This document shows positions 25,616 to 33,288 of a stretch of 33,288 nucleotides of DNA, piece after piece. Within the stretch, counting starts at the first letter, position 1. Every line of letters begins with the position of its first letter. Source of the stretch: Acidobacteriota bacterium (GTDB lineage: Bacteria > Acidobacteriota > Thermoanaerobaculia > Gp7-AA8); NCBI GenBank assembly GCA_046723495.1, contig JBKOUP010000225.1, positions 1 through 33,288 of the forward strand, written 5' to 3'. The notes beneath the pieces are model-generated. The model saw only the letters and a program-made list of their open reading frames with translations. It was not told the origin of the DNA and ran no database searches. Made by a program: the position numbers and the translations under genes.

Positions 25616-26608
25616 ATGCACGAAACGGTCGTAATCACCGGCGCGTCCGCCGGCGTCGGGCGCGCTACGGCACAGGCGTTCGGCCGCCGCCGCGCGAAGG
25701 TCGGGCTCATCGCGCGCGGGCGCGAGGGGCTCGAGGCGGCGAAGCGCGAGATCGAGACGGCCGGCGGCGAGGCCCTCGTGCTGCCGCTCGACGTCAGCGA
25801 TCACGACGCCGTCGAGCAGGCGGCGGCGGACGTCGAACGGGCCTTCGGCCCCATCGACATCTGGGTCAACAACGCCATGGCCTCCGTCTTCTCTCCGATC
25901 ATGGAGATGACGCCCGACGATTACCGCCGCGTCACCGAGGTCACGTACCTCGGCTATGTGTGGGGGACGCTCGCGGCGCTGCGGCGCATGAAGCCGCGCG
26001 ATCGCGGCGCCATCGTGCAAGTCGGCTCCGCGCTTGCCTACCGCGGCATCCCGTTACAGTCCGCGTATTGCGCGGCCAAGCACGCCGTGCAGGGCTTCCA
26101 CGACTCGCTGCGCTCCGAGCTGATCCACGACCGCAGCAACGTCCGCGTCGTCATGGTGCAGATGCCGGCGCTGAACACGCCGCAGTTCCGCTGGGTGAAG
26201 TCGCGCCTGCCGCGCAAGGCCCAGCCCGTCCCGCCGATCTTCCAACCCGAAGTCGCGGCGGAGGCGATCGTCTGGGCCGCGTACAGCGGGCGGCGCGAGA
26301 TCAACGTCGGCTGGCCGACGTCGAAGGCCGTCATCGGCAACAACTTTTTCCCCGGCTACGGCGACGAGTATCTCGCCAAGCATGGCTACGACGCGCAGAT
26401 GATCGACGAGCCCGAGGACCCGAACCGCGCGAACAACCTCCACGCGCCGCTGCCCGGCGACCACGGCGCGCACGGCGTCTTCGACGACCGCTCGCGCCCG
26501 CTTTCGATCGAGCTCGAGCTCAACAAAAAGCGCGAATGGTGGCTCGCCGGAGGTGCGCTCTTTGCAGCCGTTTCGTTTTTATTATGGAAGCAAAAGCGAA
26601 ACTCTTAG
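25616..26608 (+). CDS. Short-chain dehydrogenase/reductase (SDR) with C-terminal TM anchor
   Basis: 330 aa from ATG 25616. Cofactor motif VVITGASAGVGRA, NNAM, catalytic YCAAK. The C-terminus WWLAGGALFAAVSFLLWKQKRNS is hydrophobic. Confidence 0.88.
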   Translation: MHETVVITGASAGVGRATAQAFGRRRAKVGLIARGREGLEAAKREIETAGGEALVLPLDVSDHDAVEQAAADVERAFGPIDIWVNNAMASVFSPIMEMTPDDYRRVTEVTYLGYVWGTLAALRRMKPRDRGAIVQVGSALAYRGIPLQSAYCAAKHAVQGFHDSLRSELIHDRSNVRVVMVQMPALNTPQFRWVKSRLPRKAQPVPPIFQPEVAAEAIVWAAYSGRREINVGWPTSKAVIGNNFFPGYGDEYLAKHGYDAQMIDEPEDPNRANNLHAPLPGDHGAHGVFDDRSRPLSIELELNKKREWWLAGGALFAAVSFLLWKQKRNS

Positions 26609-27057
26609 GACATCCCATTCACCAGATGCTCATCGTTTTTCCACTGGGCCTTCTGGCGACGTCGCTGTTCTTCGACATCGCCTACCTGATCACGAACCGC
26701 GGCGAGCTCGCGCGCGTCGCGTACTGGATGATTTTCGCCGGCGTCATCGGCGCGCTGCTCGCGGCGGTGTTCGGCCTCATCGACTGGCTCGGCATCCCCG
26801 GCGGCACGCGCGCGAAGCGCCTCGGCGCGTGGCACGGCATCGGGAACGTGATCGTGGCGGCGCTCTTCGCCGTGAGCTGGTGGGTCCGGCGCGGCGATCC
26901 GTCGACGCCGGCGACGATGGCCATCGTCCTCTCCGCGGTCGCGGTCGGCATCGCCCTCGTCACCGGCTGGCTCGGCGGCGAGATGGTCGATCAGCTCGGC
27001 ATCGGTGTGAACGAAGAGGCAAATCCGAACGCCCCCAGCTCCTTGCGGGAACATTGA
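26584..27057 (+). CDS. DUF2231-type membrane protein
   Basis: 157 aa with four hydrophobic helices. N-terminal signature LGHPIHQMLIVFPLGLL is typical of DUF2231. The start overlaps the SDR gene by 25 nt. Confidence 0.8.
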   Translation: MEAKAKLLGHPIHQMLIVFPLGLLATSLFFDIAYLITNRGELARVAYWMIFAGVIGALLAAVFGLIDWLGIPGGTRAKRLGAWHGIGNVIVAALFAVSWWVRRGDPSTPATMAIVLSAVAVGIALVTGWLGGEMVDQLGIGVNEEANPNAPSSLREH

Positions 27058-27071
27058 TTCCCAACGGATTG

Positions 27072-27107
27072 TCGTTCGGGGCCGTAGTTGCGGTGTGCCC
27101 CGAACGA
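27072..27107 (+). other. Strong stem-loop spanning the start region of the first repeat-protein gene
   Basis: Perfect 11-bp inverted repeat TCGTTCGGGGC (27072-27082) / GCCCCGAACGA (27097-27107) with a 14-nt loop. It covers both candidate starts, GTG 27095 and ATG 27107, and lies 15 nt after the DUF2231 stop. No U-tract follows. Confidence 0.35.
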
Positions 27108-29320
27108 TGATCCCTCTCCTCGCTCTCCTCTTCTCTTCGACCCTCGCTGCCGCGCCCGCCATCCTCGGACCGGAGATTCCGGTCGGCGATCCGGCGTTCG
27201 GCAATGCCGCCCTCGGCCAGATCGTCGCCAGCGTCGCCTCGAACGGGCGCGACTACCTCGTGCTCTGGAACGACCAGCGCAACTCCGCCGCCAGCGGCCG
27301 CCGTGCCGCGCTCTATGCCGGCCGCGTCGACGCGAACGGCCATCCGACCGATCCGCCCGGCCACAAGCTCGTCGACGACGCCGAGGGGCAGATCGTCTGG
27401 AACGGCACGTCGTACGTGCTCATCTACGACGTCGAGGGCATCAGCTTCGAGCAGCTTCTCGACGACGACGGCAAGCCGCTCGGGCCGCCGATCCACCTCG
27501 ATCTCGGCGGACCGTCGCTGGCCATCGGCACGAACCGCAGCAACGTCCTCACCGTCGACGCCAGCGGCGAAGTCTTCCTCGTCGGCTTCGACGGCAGCGT
27601 GACGCGGCAGCACGTCGGGCATCAGCTCAGCGGCGTTTCTCAGATCGGCGCGGCGCCGGACGGGAGCTACTTCTTCGCCGCGACGTGGGCGGACTGCGTG
27701 GGACCGTGCGCGCAGCACATCGAACTCGAGCACGTCGACGCCACGAGCGGTGTGGTGACGCATTCCCTGCGCAGCGACGTCAGCTACGGCACGCAGGTCG
27801 CCGGCAGCGCCACGGACGACGGCCGGCTGCTCCTGGCCTGGAACGATCCGAGAGCCGACCAGTTCTCCGTCCGCTACGAGATCGTCGACTTCACGGGGCA
27901 TCTGCTGGCCGGGCCGGCGCTGCTCGCGAATTCCGCATCGTTCTACGGGCTCAGCACCGGCTGGGACGGACACGAGTTTCTCGTCGCGTTCGCCGGCCAG
28001 AGCTGGCGCCTCAGCGCGAACGGACAAGTCGTCGAGCACGCGGTGGTCGCCGATCCCGCGCCGCTGTTCTTCGCGCGCAGCGCCGCCGGCGTGCTCGAAG
28101 CGCGGAACGTCGTGACCTTGACCGACTCCGACGTCTTCGTCCGCGCCGCGACGTCGTTCGCGCAGTTGCCCTCGGCGGAGGAGCGTTCCGTGGCCATGTC
28201 GTCGCGGCAGCAGGCCAGCCCGCACCTCGCCGCCAGCGAAGCGGGCTTCACGGCCTGGTTCGAATTCACGCCGGCGCCGTCGCTGATGGTGCAGCCCGTC
28301 GGCGGCGCGATCACGCACGTCGCCGACGTCGCGCCGTGGAATGCGTACTACCCGCCCGCGCTCGCCATCGGCCGCGGCAGCAACAGCTACCTCGTGGCGT
28401 GGGAGGCGGTGGTCGACAACAAGCTCGGCTTCCTCGCCAAACGGCTGGCCCTCGACGGCACGCCGCTCGACGCCGAGCCGTTCCGCCTCGCCTTCGACGA
28501 GCTGTCGATCTCCGAACTGACGCGCACGATCTCCATCGCCTTCGACGGCAGGAACTTTCTCGCGATCTGGCCCGAGTACGGCAGCGGCGCCATCCACGGC
28601 GCGCGCATTTCGCAGGACGGCAAGCTGCTCGACGCCACACCGCTCGTCCTCAGCCAGCCGGACGGTCACCTGGCGGCCACGCCGAGCGTGGTGTGGAACG
28701 GAAAGAACTTCGTCATCGCCTGGCTCGACGAGCTCTTCTGCAGCTGCCTGATCTCGCCGCCGCCGCCGCCGAGGATCCGCGTGTACGCCGTTCGCGCCGG
28801 CAGCGACGGACCGATCGACCGCGAGCCGATCGTGGTTTGGGACAAGCTGATCCCCGTCTCCAGCCTCGGCCTCGCTACCGACGGCGCCGACGCCGCGCTG
28901 GTTTGGACCACCGCCGGCTGCGTCTACGCCACGACGCTGCGCGCCGACGGCACGCTCGGCGGCGATCCGCAGACGCTGACGTGCCGCACGCTGCCGAAGA
29001 TCTACAACGGCGCGTTCGACAACGCCGGCGTGGCCTGGAGCGGCAGCGAGTACGTCGCCATCTGGACCGACCCCGACTTGCACCAGTTGCACGGCGAGCG
29101 CCTCGACTTCTCCGGCGGCGACGCCATTCCGATCGACGGCTTCGACGTCACCCCCGCCGGCGTGGCGGTGTCGCAGCCCGACATCGCCTCCACCGCTGCC
29201 GGCGTCGCCATCGCCTACGTCCGCCCGGCGCCCGAGCCGCAGTTCGGCGGCGCGCCGCGCATCTTCATCCGCAATCTGAATCGCCTCGGCGTCATCCCGC
29301 GCCGGCGCGCCTCCCGATAA
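27095..29320 (+). CDS. Secreted repeat protein A (about 10-12 degenerate 45-60-aa repeats, propeller-like; family not recognised)
   Basis: 741 aa with signal peptide MPRTMIPLLALLFSSTLAAAPA. Recurring units include VASNGRDYLVLWND..GRVDANGHP, IAFDGRNFLAIWPE..ARISQDGKLLDATPLVL, VVWNGKNFVIAWLD and VAWSGSEYVAIWTD. Alternative start is ATG 27107. Confidence 0.8.
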   Translation: MPRTMIPLLALLFSSTLAAAPAILGPEIPVGDPAFGNAALGQIVASVASNGRDYLVLWNDQRNSAASGRRAALYAGRVDANGHPTDPPGHKLVDDAEGQIVWNGTSYVLIYDVEGISFEQLLDDDGKPLGPPIHLDLGGPSLAIGTNRSNVLTVDASGEVFLVGFDGSVTRQHVGHQLSGVSQIGAAPDGSYFFAATWADCVGPCAQHIELEHVDATSGVVTHSLRSDVSYGTQVAGSATDDGRLLLAWNDPRADQFSVRYEIVDFTGHLLAGPALLANSASFYGLSTGWDGHEFLVAFAGQSWRLSANGQVVEHAVVADPAPLFFARSAAGVLEARNVVTLTDSDVFVRAATSFAQLPSAEERSVAMSSRQQASPHLAASEAGFTAWFEFTPAPSLMVQPVGGAITHVADVAPWNAYYPPALAIGRGSNSYLVAWEAVVDNKLGFLAKRLALDGTPLDAEPFRLAFDELSISELTRTISIAFDGRNFLAIWPEYGSGAIHGARISQDGKLLDATPLVLSQPDGHLAATPSVVWNGKNFVIAWLDELFCSCLISPPPPPRIRVYAVRAGSDGPIDREPIVVWDKLIPVSSLGLATDGADAALVWTTAGCVYATTLRADGTLGGDPQTLTCRTLPKIYNGAFDNAGVAWSGSEYVAIWTDPDLHQLHGERLDFSGGDAIPIDGFDVTPAGVAVSQPDIASTAAGVAIAYVRPAPEPQFGGAPRIFIRNLNRLGVIPRRRASR

Positions 29321-29327
29321 CTCCCAC

Positions 29328-31568
29328 ATGAAAACATTGCTCTCGCTCCTCTTCCTTGCGACGACCGCGGTCGCGGCCACGCCGCTGGCGCCCGTCGTGC
29401 TCACCAATGCTCCGTACCGGCAGATGCCGTTCGACGTCGCCTCGAACGGCACCGACTTCGTCACCATCTGGTCCGACGAGCGCTCCGGCCTCGACCTCTT
29501 CCAGGGCGCGCATCCGCCGGCGCTCTACGCGTCGCGGCTCAACGCCGACGGCACTGCCGCCGCGCCGGCCGGCCGGCGGCTTGCCCCGCTCGCGTATTCC
29601 GCGAAGCTCGCGCGCAACGGCGCCGGGTATCTGGCTGTCTGGACCGATTTCACGAAGGTGTCGGCCATGCCGCTCGATGCCGATGGCGCGCCTGCCGGCC
29701 CTCCGTCGGTCCTGACGAACTTCGGGCCTCCGCTCGCGCTGGCCTCGAACGGCTCGAACTTCCTTCTGCTGTACACGGACACCAGCTTCCATGCGGCGAT
29801 TCTCACGCCCGACGGCAAGATCGCGCAGACGGTGCCGCTCACCTCGGACCGGCAGATCTCGTCGATTTGGGTTCTGCCCAACGGGAGCTATCAGTTCGCC
29901 GCCTTTCAGGTGACGTGCACGAACGTCATCTGCAACTCGGCGGTCGTGCTGACGACGGTGTCCAGCAGCGGCGCGGTGACCGAGGAGAAGCTGTTCGATC
30001 TTCCGGGCTCCGTCATCGCCGCGGCGTACGGCAACGGCCACGTCCTCGTCGCGAACCTCTCGACTACGCAGAGCGGCCGCGTCGTCGAATACCGCCTCTT
30101 CGACAGCAGCAGCGCCGCGCAGTTGCACGGGGCCGTGCAGGTTGCCGCCGACGCCGGGTTTTGCCCCTGCGGCGACGGCTCGATCTCCGCGGGTTGGGAC
30201 GGCGGCGAGTTCCTGATCGGCTATCAATGGCCGCCCGATCTCCGCGCCGTGCGCGTGTCGTCGGACGGCGTGCTCCTCGACGCCGCGCCGATCGTGCTCG
30301 ATCCCGCCGGCGGCACCGCGCCGCTCTTCGCCTCGAACGGCGCGACGACCGCGGTGGTCTGGGGAAGCGGCACGCTCTACTCCGACGTCGTCTCGCGCGC
30401 CGTCCGCTCGTTCGACGACCTCGCCGCCGCGCCCGTGCACCTCGTCTCGCAGAGCGCCGCGCTCGAGCGCCACGTCCAGCTCGCCGCCGGCCCGAACGGT
30501 CCGCTGGCCGTCTGGCGCGCGCGCTACCCGAATCCGGCCATCGCCGGCGGCATCGTCGGCAGCGCGCCGACGACGATCGCTCCGGCGAACCAGTTCGACC
30601 AGCAATCGCCGGAGGCCGCGCGCGGCCGCGACGCCTTCCTCGTCGTCTGGCGCGAGCAGCAGCTCGATCCGTTCGACCAGGACAGGACGTTCCGGATCAT
30701 GGGCCGGCGCGTGTCGTTTCTCGGCGTGCCGCTCGACGTGCCGTTCCTCATCGCCTCGAGCACCCTGCCGGTCTTCACCTCGGCCGAGCCGACGATCGCC
30801 GTCGCCTCCGACGGCACGAACTGGCTCGTCGTCTTTCCCGACGACCAGCTGACCGTGCGCGGCGTGCGCGTCTCGGCGGAGGGCGCCGTCCTCGATGCCA
30901 AGCCGATCACGTTGTCGCTCGGACCTCCCCACTTCGCGATTCCCGGATCCCCACACGTCGTCTGGAACGGCTCGAAGTACATCGTCGTGTGGGCCGAGGA
31001 TCCGCACAACCCGATCATCATCCCGCCGCCGGGGCCGCCGTCGTCGCAGCTCTACGAAACGCGCCTCACCGCGGCGGGAGTGGTCGTCGACACGAAGCTG
31101 ATCTGGAACGGCGGCTTCGTCCCCGATCTCGCCCTCGCAGCGGGCGCGGACCGTTTTCTGCTGGCCTGGGTCGAGAACCAGTTCACCGTGAACGAGATGC
31201 TCCTCGACAGCGACGGCACGCCGCTGACGAACGCGCGCGGCATCTTCACGCTGCAGAGAGGACTGATCGCCGACGTCGACGCGGCGTGGGACGGCGCATC
31301 GTTCGCCACGGCGTGGACCGTGCGCGACGGCTACACCGCCGGCGCGACCGTCGTCTACGAGCACGTCGACGCGAACGGACTTCCGATCGAGTCGGCGCCG
31401 CTCGACCTCGCGCCGGAGCTGCCGACGAAGTACACGCCGTCGCTGGCGCCGAGCCCCGGCGGCGTCACGGCCGCGTTCGAGGCCATCGGCGACACGGACG
31501 TCTCGCGCGCGTTCGCCACGACGATCGAGCGCGTCGGCCAGCCGCCGCGGCGGCGCGCGGCGCGTTGA
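29328..31568 (+). CDS. Secreted repeat protein B (tandem paralog of A)
   Basis: 746 aa, starting 7 nt after A. Signal peptide MKTLLSLLFLATTAVAAT. It uses the same repeat grammar (VASNGTDFVTIWSD, LARNGAGYLAVWTD, VASDGTNWLVVFPD..VRVSAEGAVLDAKPITL, VVWNGSKYIVVWAED, AAWDGASFATAWT) and the same C-terminal PRRRAxR tail as A. Confidence 0.8.
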   Translation: MKTLLSLLFLATTAVAATPLAPVVLTNAPYRQMPFDVASNGTDFVTIWSDERSGLDLFQGAHPPALYASRLNADGTAAAPAGRRLAPLAYSAKLARNGAGYLAVWTDFTKVSAMPLDADGAPAGPPSVLTNFGPPLALASNGSNFLLLYTDTSFHAAILTPDGKIAQTVPLTSDRQISSIWVLPNGSYQFAAFQVTCTNVICNSAVVLTTVSSSGAVTEEKLFDLPGSVIAAAYGNGHVLVANLSTTQSGRVVEYRLFDSSSAAQLHGAVQVAADAGFCPCGDGSISAGWDGGEFLIGYQWPPDLRAVRVSSDGVLLDAAPIVLDPAGGTAPLFASNGATTAVVWGSGTLYSDVVSRAVRSFDDLAAAPVHLVSQSAALERHVQLAAGPNGPLAVWRARYPNPAIAGGIVGSAPTTIAPANQFDQQSPEAARGRDAFLVVWREQQLDPFDQDRTFRIMGRRVSFLGVPLDVPFLIASSTLPVFTSAEPTIAVASDGTNWLVVFPDDQLTVRGVRVSAEGAVLDAKPITLSLGPPHFAIPGSPHVVWNGSKYIVVWAEDPHNPIIIPPPGPPSSQLYETRLTAAGVVVDTKLIWNGGFVPDLALAAGADRFLLAWVENQFTVNEMLLDSDGTPLTNARGIFTLQRGLIADVDAAWDGASFATAWTVRDGYTAGATVVYEHVDANGLPIESAPLDLAPELPTKYTPSLAPSPGGVTAAFEAIGDTDVSRAFATTIERVGQPPRRRAAR

Positions 31569-31587
31569 GCGCACTCGCGCACGACGA

Positions 31588-33288
31588 TCAGATCCGCGTC
31601 AGCTTCGCGTACTTGGCGATGAACTTCTTCGATCCGGCGCGATCGAAGTACACCGTCAGCTTGGCGTCGGGACCGTCGCCTTCCATCGTCAGGATGACCC
31701 CGTCGCCGAACTGCGCGTGGCGCACGCGCTGCCCGCGCTTGAGCTGCGCCGCCGGTGCCGCCGGCGCGGCGGCCGTCTTGATCGTGGCGGGATCGAGCTT
31801 CACCGGCCCGCCGAAGAACGACTGCAGCGTGTTCGCCGTCGACGCCAGCCGCTGCGGCGCCTGCGGGGGACGCATCGGCCGGTCGCGCCACGACGTCTGC
31901 GGCGCCGGCCGCGCCCGCCCAGTGCGCAGCTCTTCCGTCACCTCTTCCGGAATCTCGCCCAGGAACGTCGATGGCAACTGGTCGCGGAACTGCCCGTGCA
32001 GCCGCCGCTCCCGCGAGTGGAGGCAGTAGAGCTGCTCGCGGGCCCGGGTCATGCCGACGTAGCAGAGGCGCCGCTCCTCCTCGATGTCGTCCTCTTCCTC
32101 CTGCGACTGCGAGTGCGGCAGGATGCCCTCCTCCATCCCCGCCAGAAAGACGACCTTGAACTCGAGCCCCTTCGCGGCGTGCAGCGTCATCAGCGTCACG
32201 CCCTTCTGCGACTCGTAGCGGTCGACGTCCGACATCAGCGTGATGGAGTCGAGGTAGTCGCCGAGCTGCGCGCCGGGGTTCTGCTCCGAGAACTCGCGCG
32301 CGGAGCTCAAGAGCTCGTCGATGTTCTGCAGTCGCGTCTCGTCCTGAAGGTCGCGCGACTCCTGCAGCATGCGCCGGTAGCCGGTGCGGAGAAGGAGGTA
32401 GTCGAAGAGCTCCGGCAGCGGATGCTGCGCGGCGCGCTGGAGGTCGTTGACGATCTCGCGGAACTCGCGCACCGCCTTCGCCGCGCGCGTCGGGAGAAAT
32501 CCGAGGTCGCCTTCGATGATCGTCCAGAGCGAGACGTTCTGCGCCTTGGCGGCGTCGTCGAGCGCGGCGAGGGTCGTATCGCCGATGCCGCGTGACGGAG
32601 TGTTGATGACGCGCTCGATCGATGGTGTGTCATGCGGACGAACGGTCAGGCGCAGGTAGGCGAGGATGTCCTTGATCTCCGCGCGCTCGTAGAACTTCAC
32701 GCCGCCGACGACGACGTAGGGAAGGTTCGCGCGCAGCAGCTCCTCCTCGAACGGCCGCGACTGCGCGTTCATCCGGAAGAGCACCGCCACGTCGGTGAGC
32801 TGGTAGCGCGAGCGCTGGGCGTTGATCCGCTCCAGGACGAACTGCGCCTCCTCGCGGTCCGTCGAGCAGGCCACGACGCGCACCTTCTCGCCGCTGCCGG
32901 CGGTGGTGAAGAGCTTTTTTCCCTTGCGGGCCTCGTTGTGCTCGACCACGCCCGTGGCGGCATCGAGGATGTTCCCGGTGGAGCGGTAGTTCTGCTCGAG
33001 CTTCACGATGCGCGCGCCGGGGAAGTCGCGCTCGAAGTTCAGGATGTTGTTGATGTCGGCGCCGCGGAAGCGGTAGATCGACTGGTCCTCGTCGCCGACG
33101 GCGACGATGTTCCCGCGCGGCCCCGACAGCGCCTTGATCAGCGCGTACTGGGCCCGGTTCGTGTCCTGGTATTCGTCGACGAGGATGTGCCGGAAGCGGG
33201 CGTGGATCTCGTCGCGGACGTCCTCGTGCTCGCGCAGGAGCCGGACGTAGTTGCCGATGAGGTCGTCGAAGTCCATGGCGTCGAACTC
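31588..33288 (-). CDS. uvrD: ATP-dependent DNA helicase UvrD/PcrA (SF1), 5' end outside the window
   Basis: Helicase motifs VDEYQDTN (II), GDEDQSIYRFRGA (III), LEQNYRS (IV), TLHAAKGLEF (V) and YVGMTRA (VI). C-terminal Tudor-like tail GQRVRHAQFGDGVIL. The frame stays open to the window edge (..EFDAMDFDDLI), so the M at 33276 is internal. Confidence 0.92.
   Translation of the reverse strand, partial: EFDAMDFDDLIGNYVRLLREHEDVRDEIHARFRHILVDEYQDTNRAQYALIKALSGPRGNIVAVGDEDQSIYRFRGADINNILNFERDFPGARIVKLEQNYRSTGNILDAATGVVEHNEARKGKKLFTTAGSGEKVRVVACSTDREEAQFVLERINAQRSRYQLTDVAVLFRMNAQSRPFEEELLRANLPYVVVGGVKFYERAEIKDILAYLRLTVRPHDTPSIERVINTPSRGIGDTTLAALDDAAKAQNVSLWTIIEGDLGFLPTRAAKAVREFREIVNDLQRAAQHPLPELFDYLLLRTGYRRMLQESRDLQDETRLQNIDELLSSAREFSEQNPGAQLGDYLDSITLMSDVDRYESQKGVTLMTLHAAKGLEFKVVFLAGMEEGILPHSQSQEEEDDIEEERRLCYVGMTRAREQLYCLHSRERRLHGQFRDQLPSTFLGEIPEEVTEELRTGRARPAPQTSWRDRPMRPPQAPQRLASTANTLQSFFGGPVKLDPATIKTAAAPAAPAAQLKRGQRVRHAQFGDGVILTMEGDGPDAKLTVYFDRAGSKKFIAKYAKLTRI

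Noticed and set aside
27095-31568. Whether the protein repeats reflect DNA-level tandem repeats, a CRISPR-like array or a recent expansion.
   Set aside because: The repeats are recognisable only at the amino-acid motif level. Unit lengths vary (about 45-60 aa), and I could not find long identical nucleotide stretches between units or between the two genes.
10567-32029. Series of very long antisense or alternate-frame ORFs: 10567..12114, 11823..13745, 13435..15054, 15791..16837, 17346..19070, 20077..23097, 22941..24944, 26960..29467, 29292..31574 (all minus); and 18176..19132, 19984..20178, 22530..23225, 29867..32029 (plus).
   Set aside because: All shadow a gene with clear homology or signal-peptide/repeat structure. 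They translate to Arg/Gly/Ala/Asp/Pro-rich sequence without motifs, which is typical of stop-codon-poor GC-rich DNA.

Overview
Very GC-rich bacterial chromosomal window; codon third positions are almost all G/C. The gene content (MglA-type GTPase, ASRT-family protein, GH15, secreted amidohydrolase paralogs) suggests a soil Acidobacteriota-, Gemmatimonadota- or Myxococcota-like genome, but that is only an inference. I support 23 protein genes, 2 tRNA-Ser genes, 1 cobalamin riboswitch and 1 REP-like palindromic element. Left to right: KGG-repeat stress protein (-); a 560-aa orphan membrane-anchored protein (+); tRNA-Ser(GCU) and a translationally coupled thrA-thrB-thrC operon (-); a multi-pass membrane protein (+); an RibD_C/DHFR-family protein (-); tRNA-Ser(UGA) (-); an MglA-like GTPase with a long C-terminal extension (-). 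Next come three consecutive secreted amidohydrolase paralogs (+). They are followed by a cobalamin riboswitch leading a tightly packed + strand string: BtuB-like TonB receptor, ASRT-family protein, PoxB-like TPP enzyme, enolase-superfamily enzyme, YdiJ-like FAD/Fe-S oxidoreductase and GH15 hydrolase. The window ends with a small membrane protein (-); a + strand string of tail-anchored SDR, DUF2231 membrane protein and two tandem paralogous secreted repeat proteins; and a 5'-truncated uvrD/pcrA helicase (-). No rRNA, CRISPR array, integrase, transposase or phage gene was seen. The best candidates for undescribed biology are: (1) the SDR-DUF2231-double repeat-protein module; (2) the amidohydrolase triad in which only the middle member keeps the metal ligands; (3) the orphan MglA-like GTPase with a proline-rich tail; (4) the B12-riboswitch-led string containing an ASRT homolog. 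All domain calls come from reading the translations by eye and memory of the families. None has been checked by a search.
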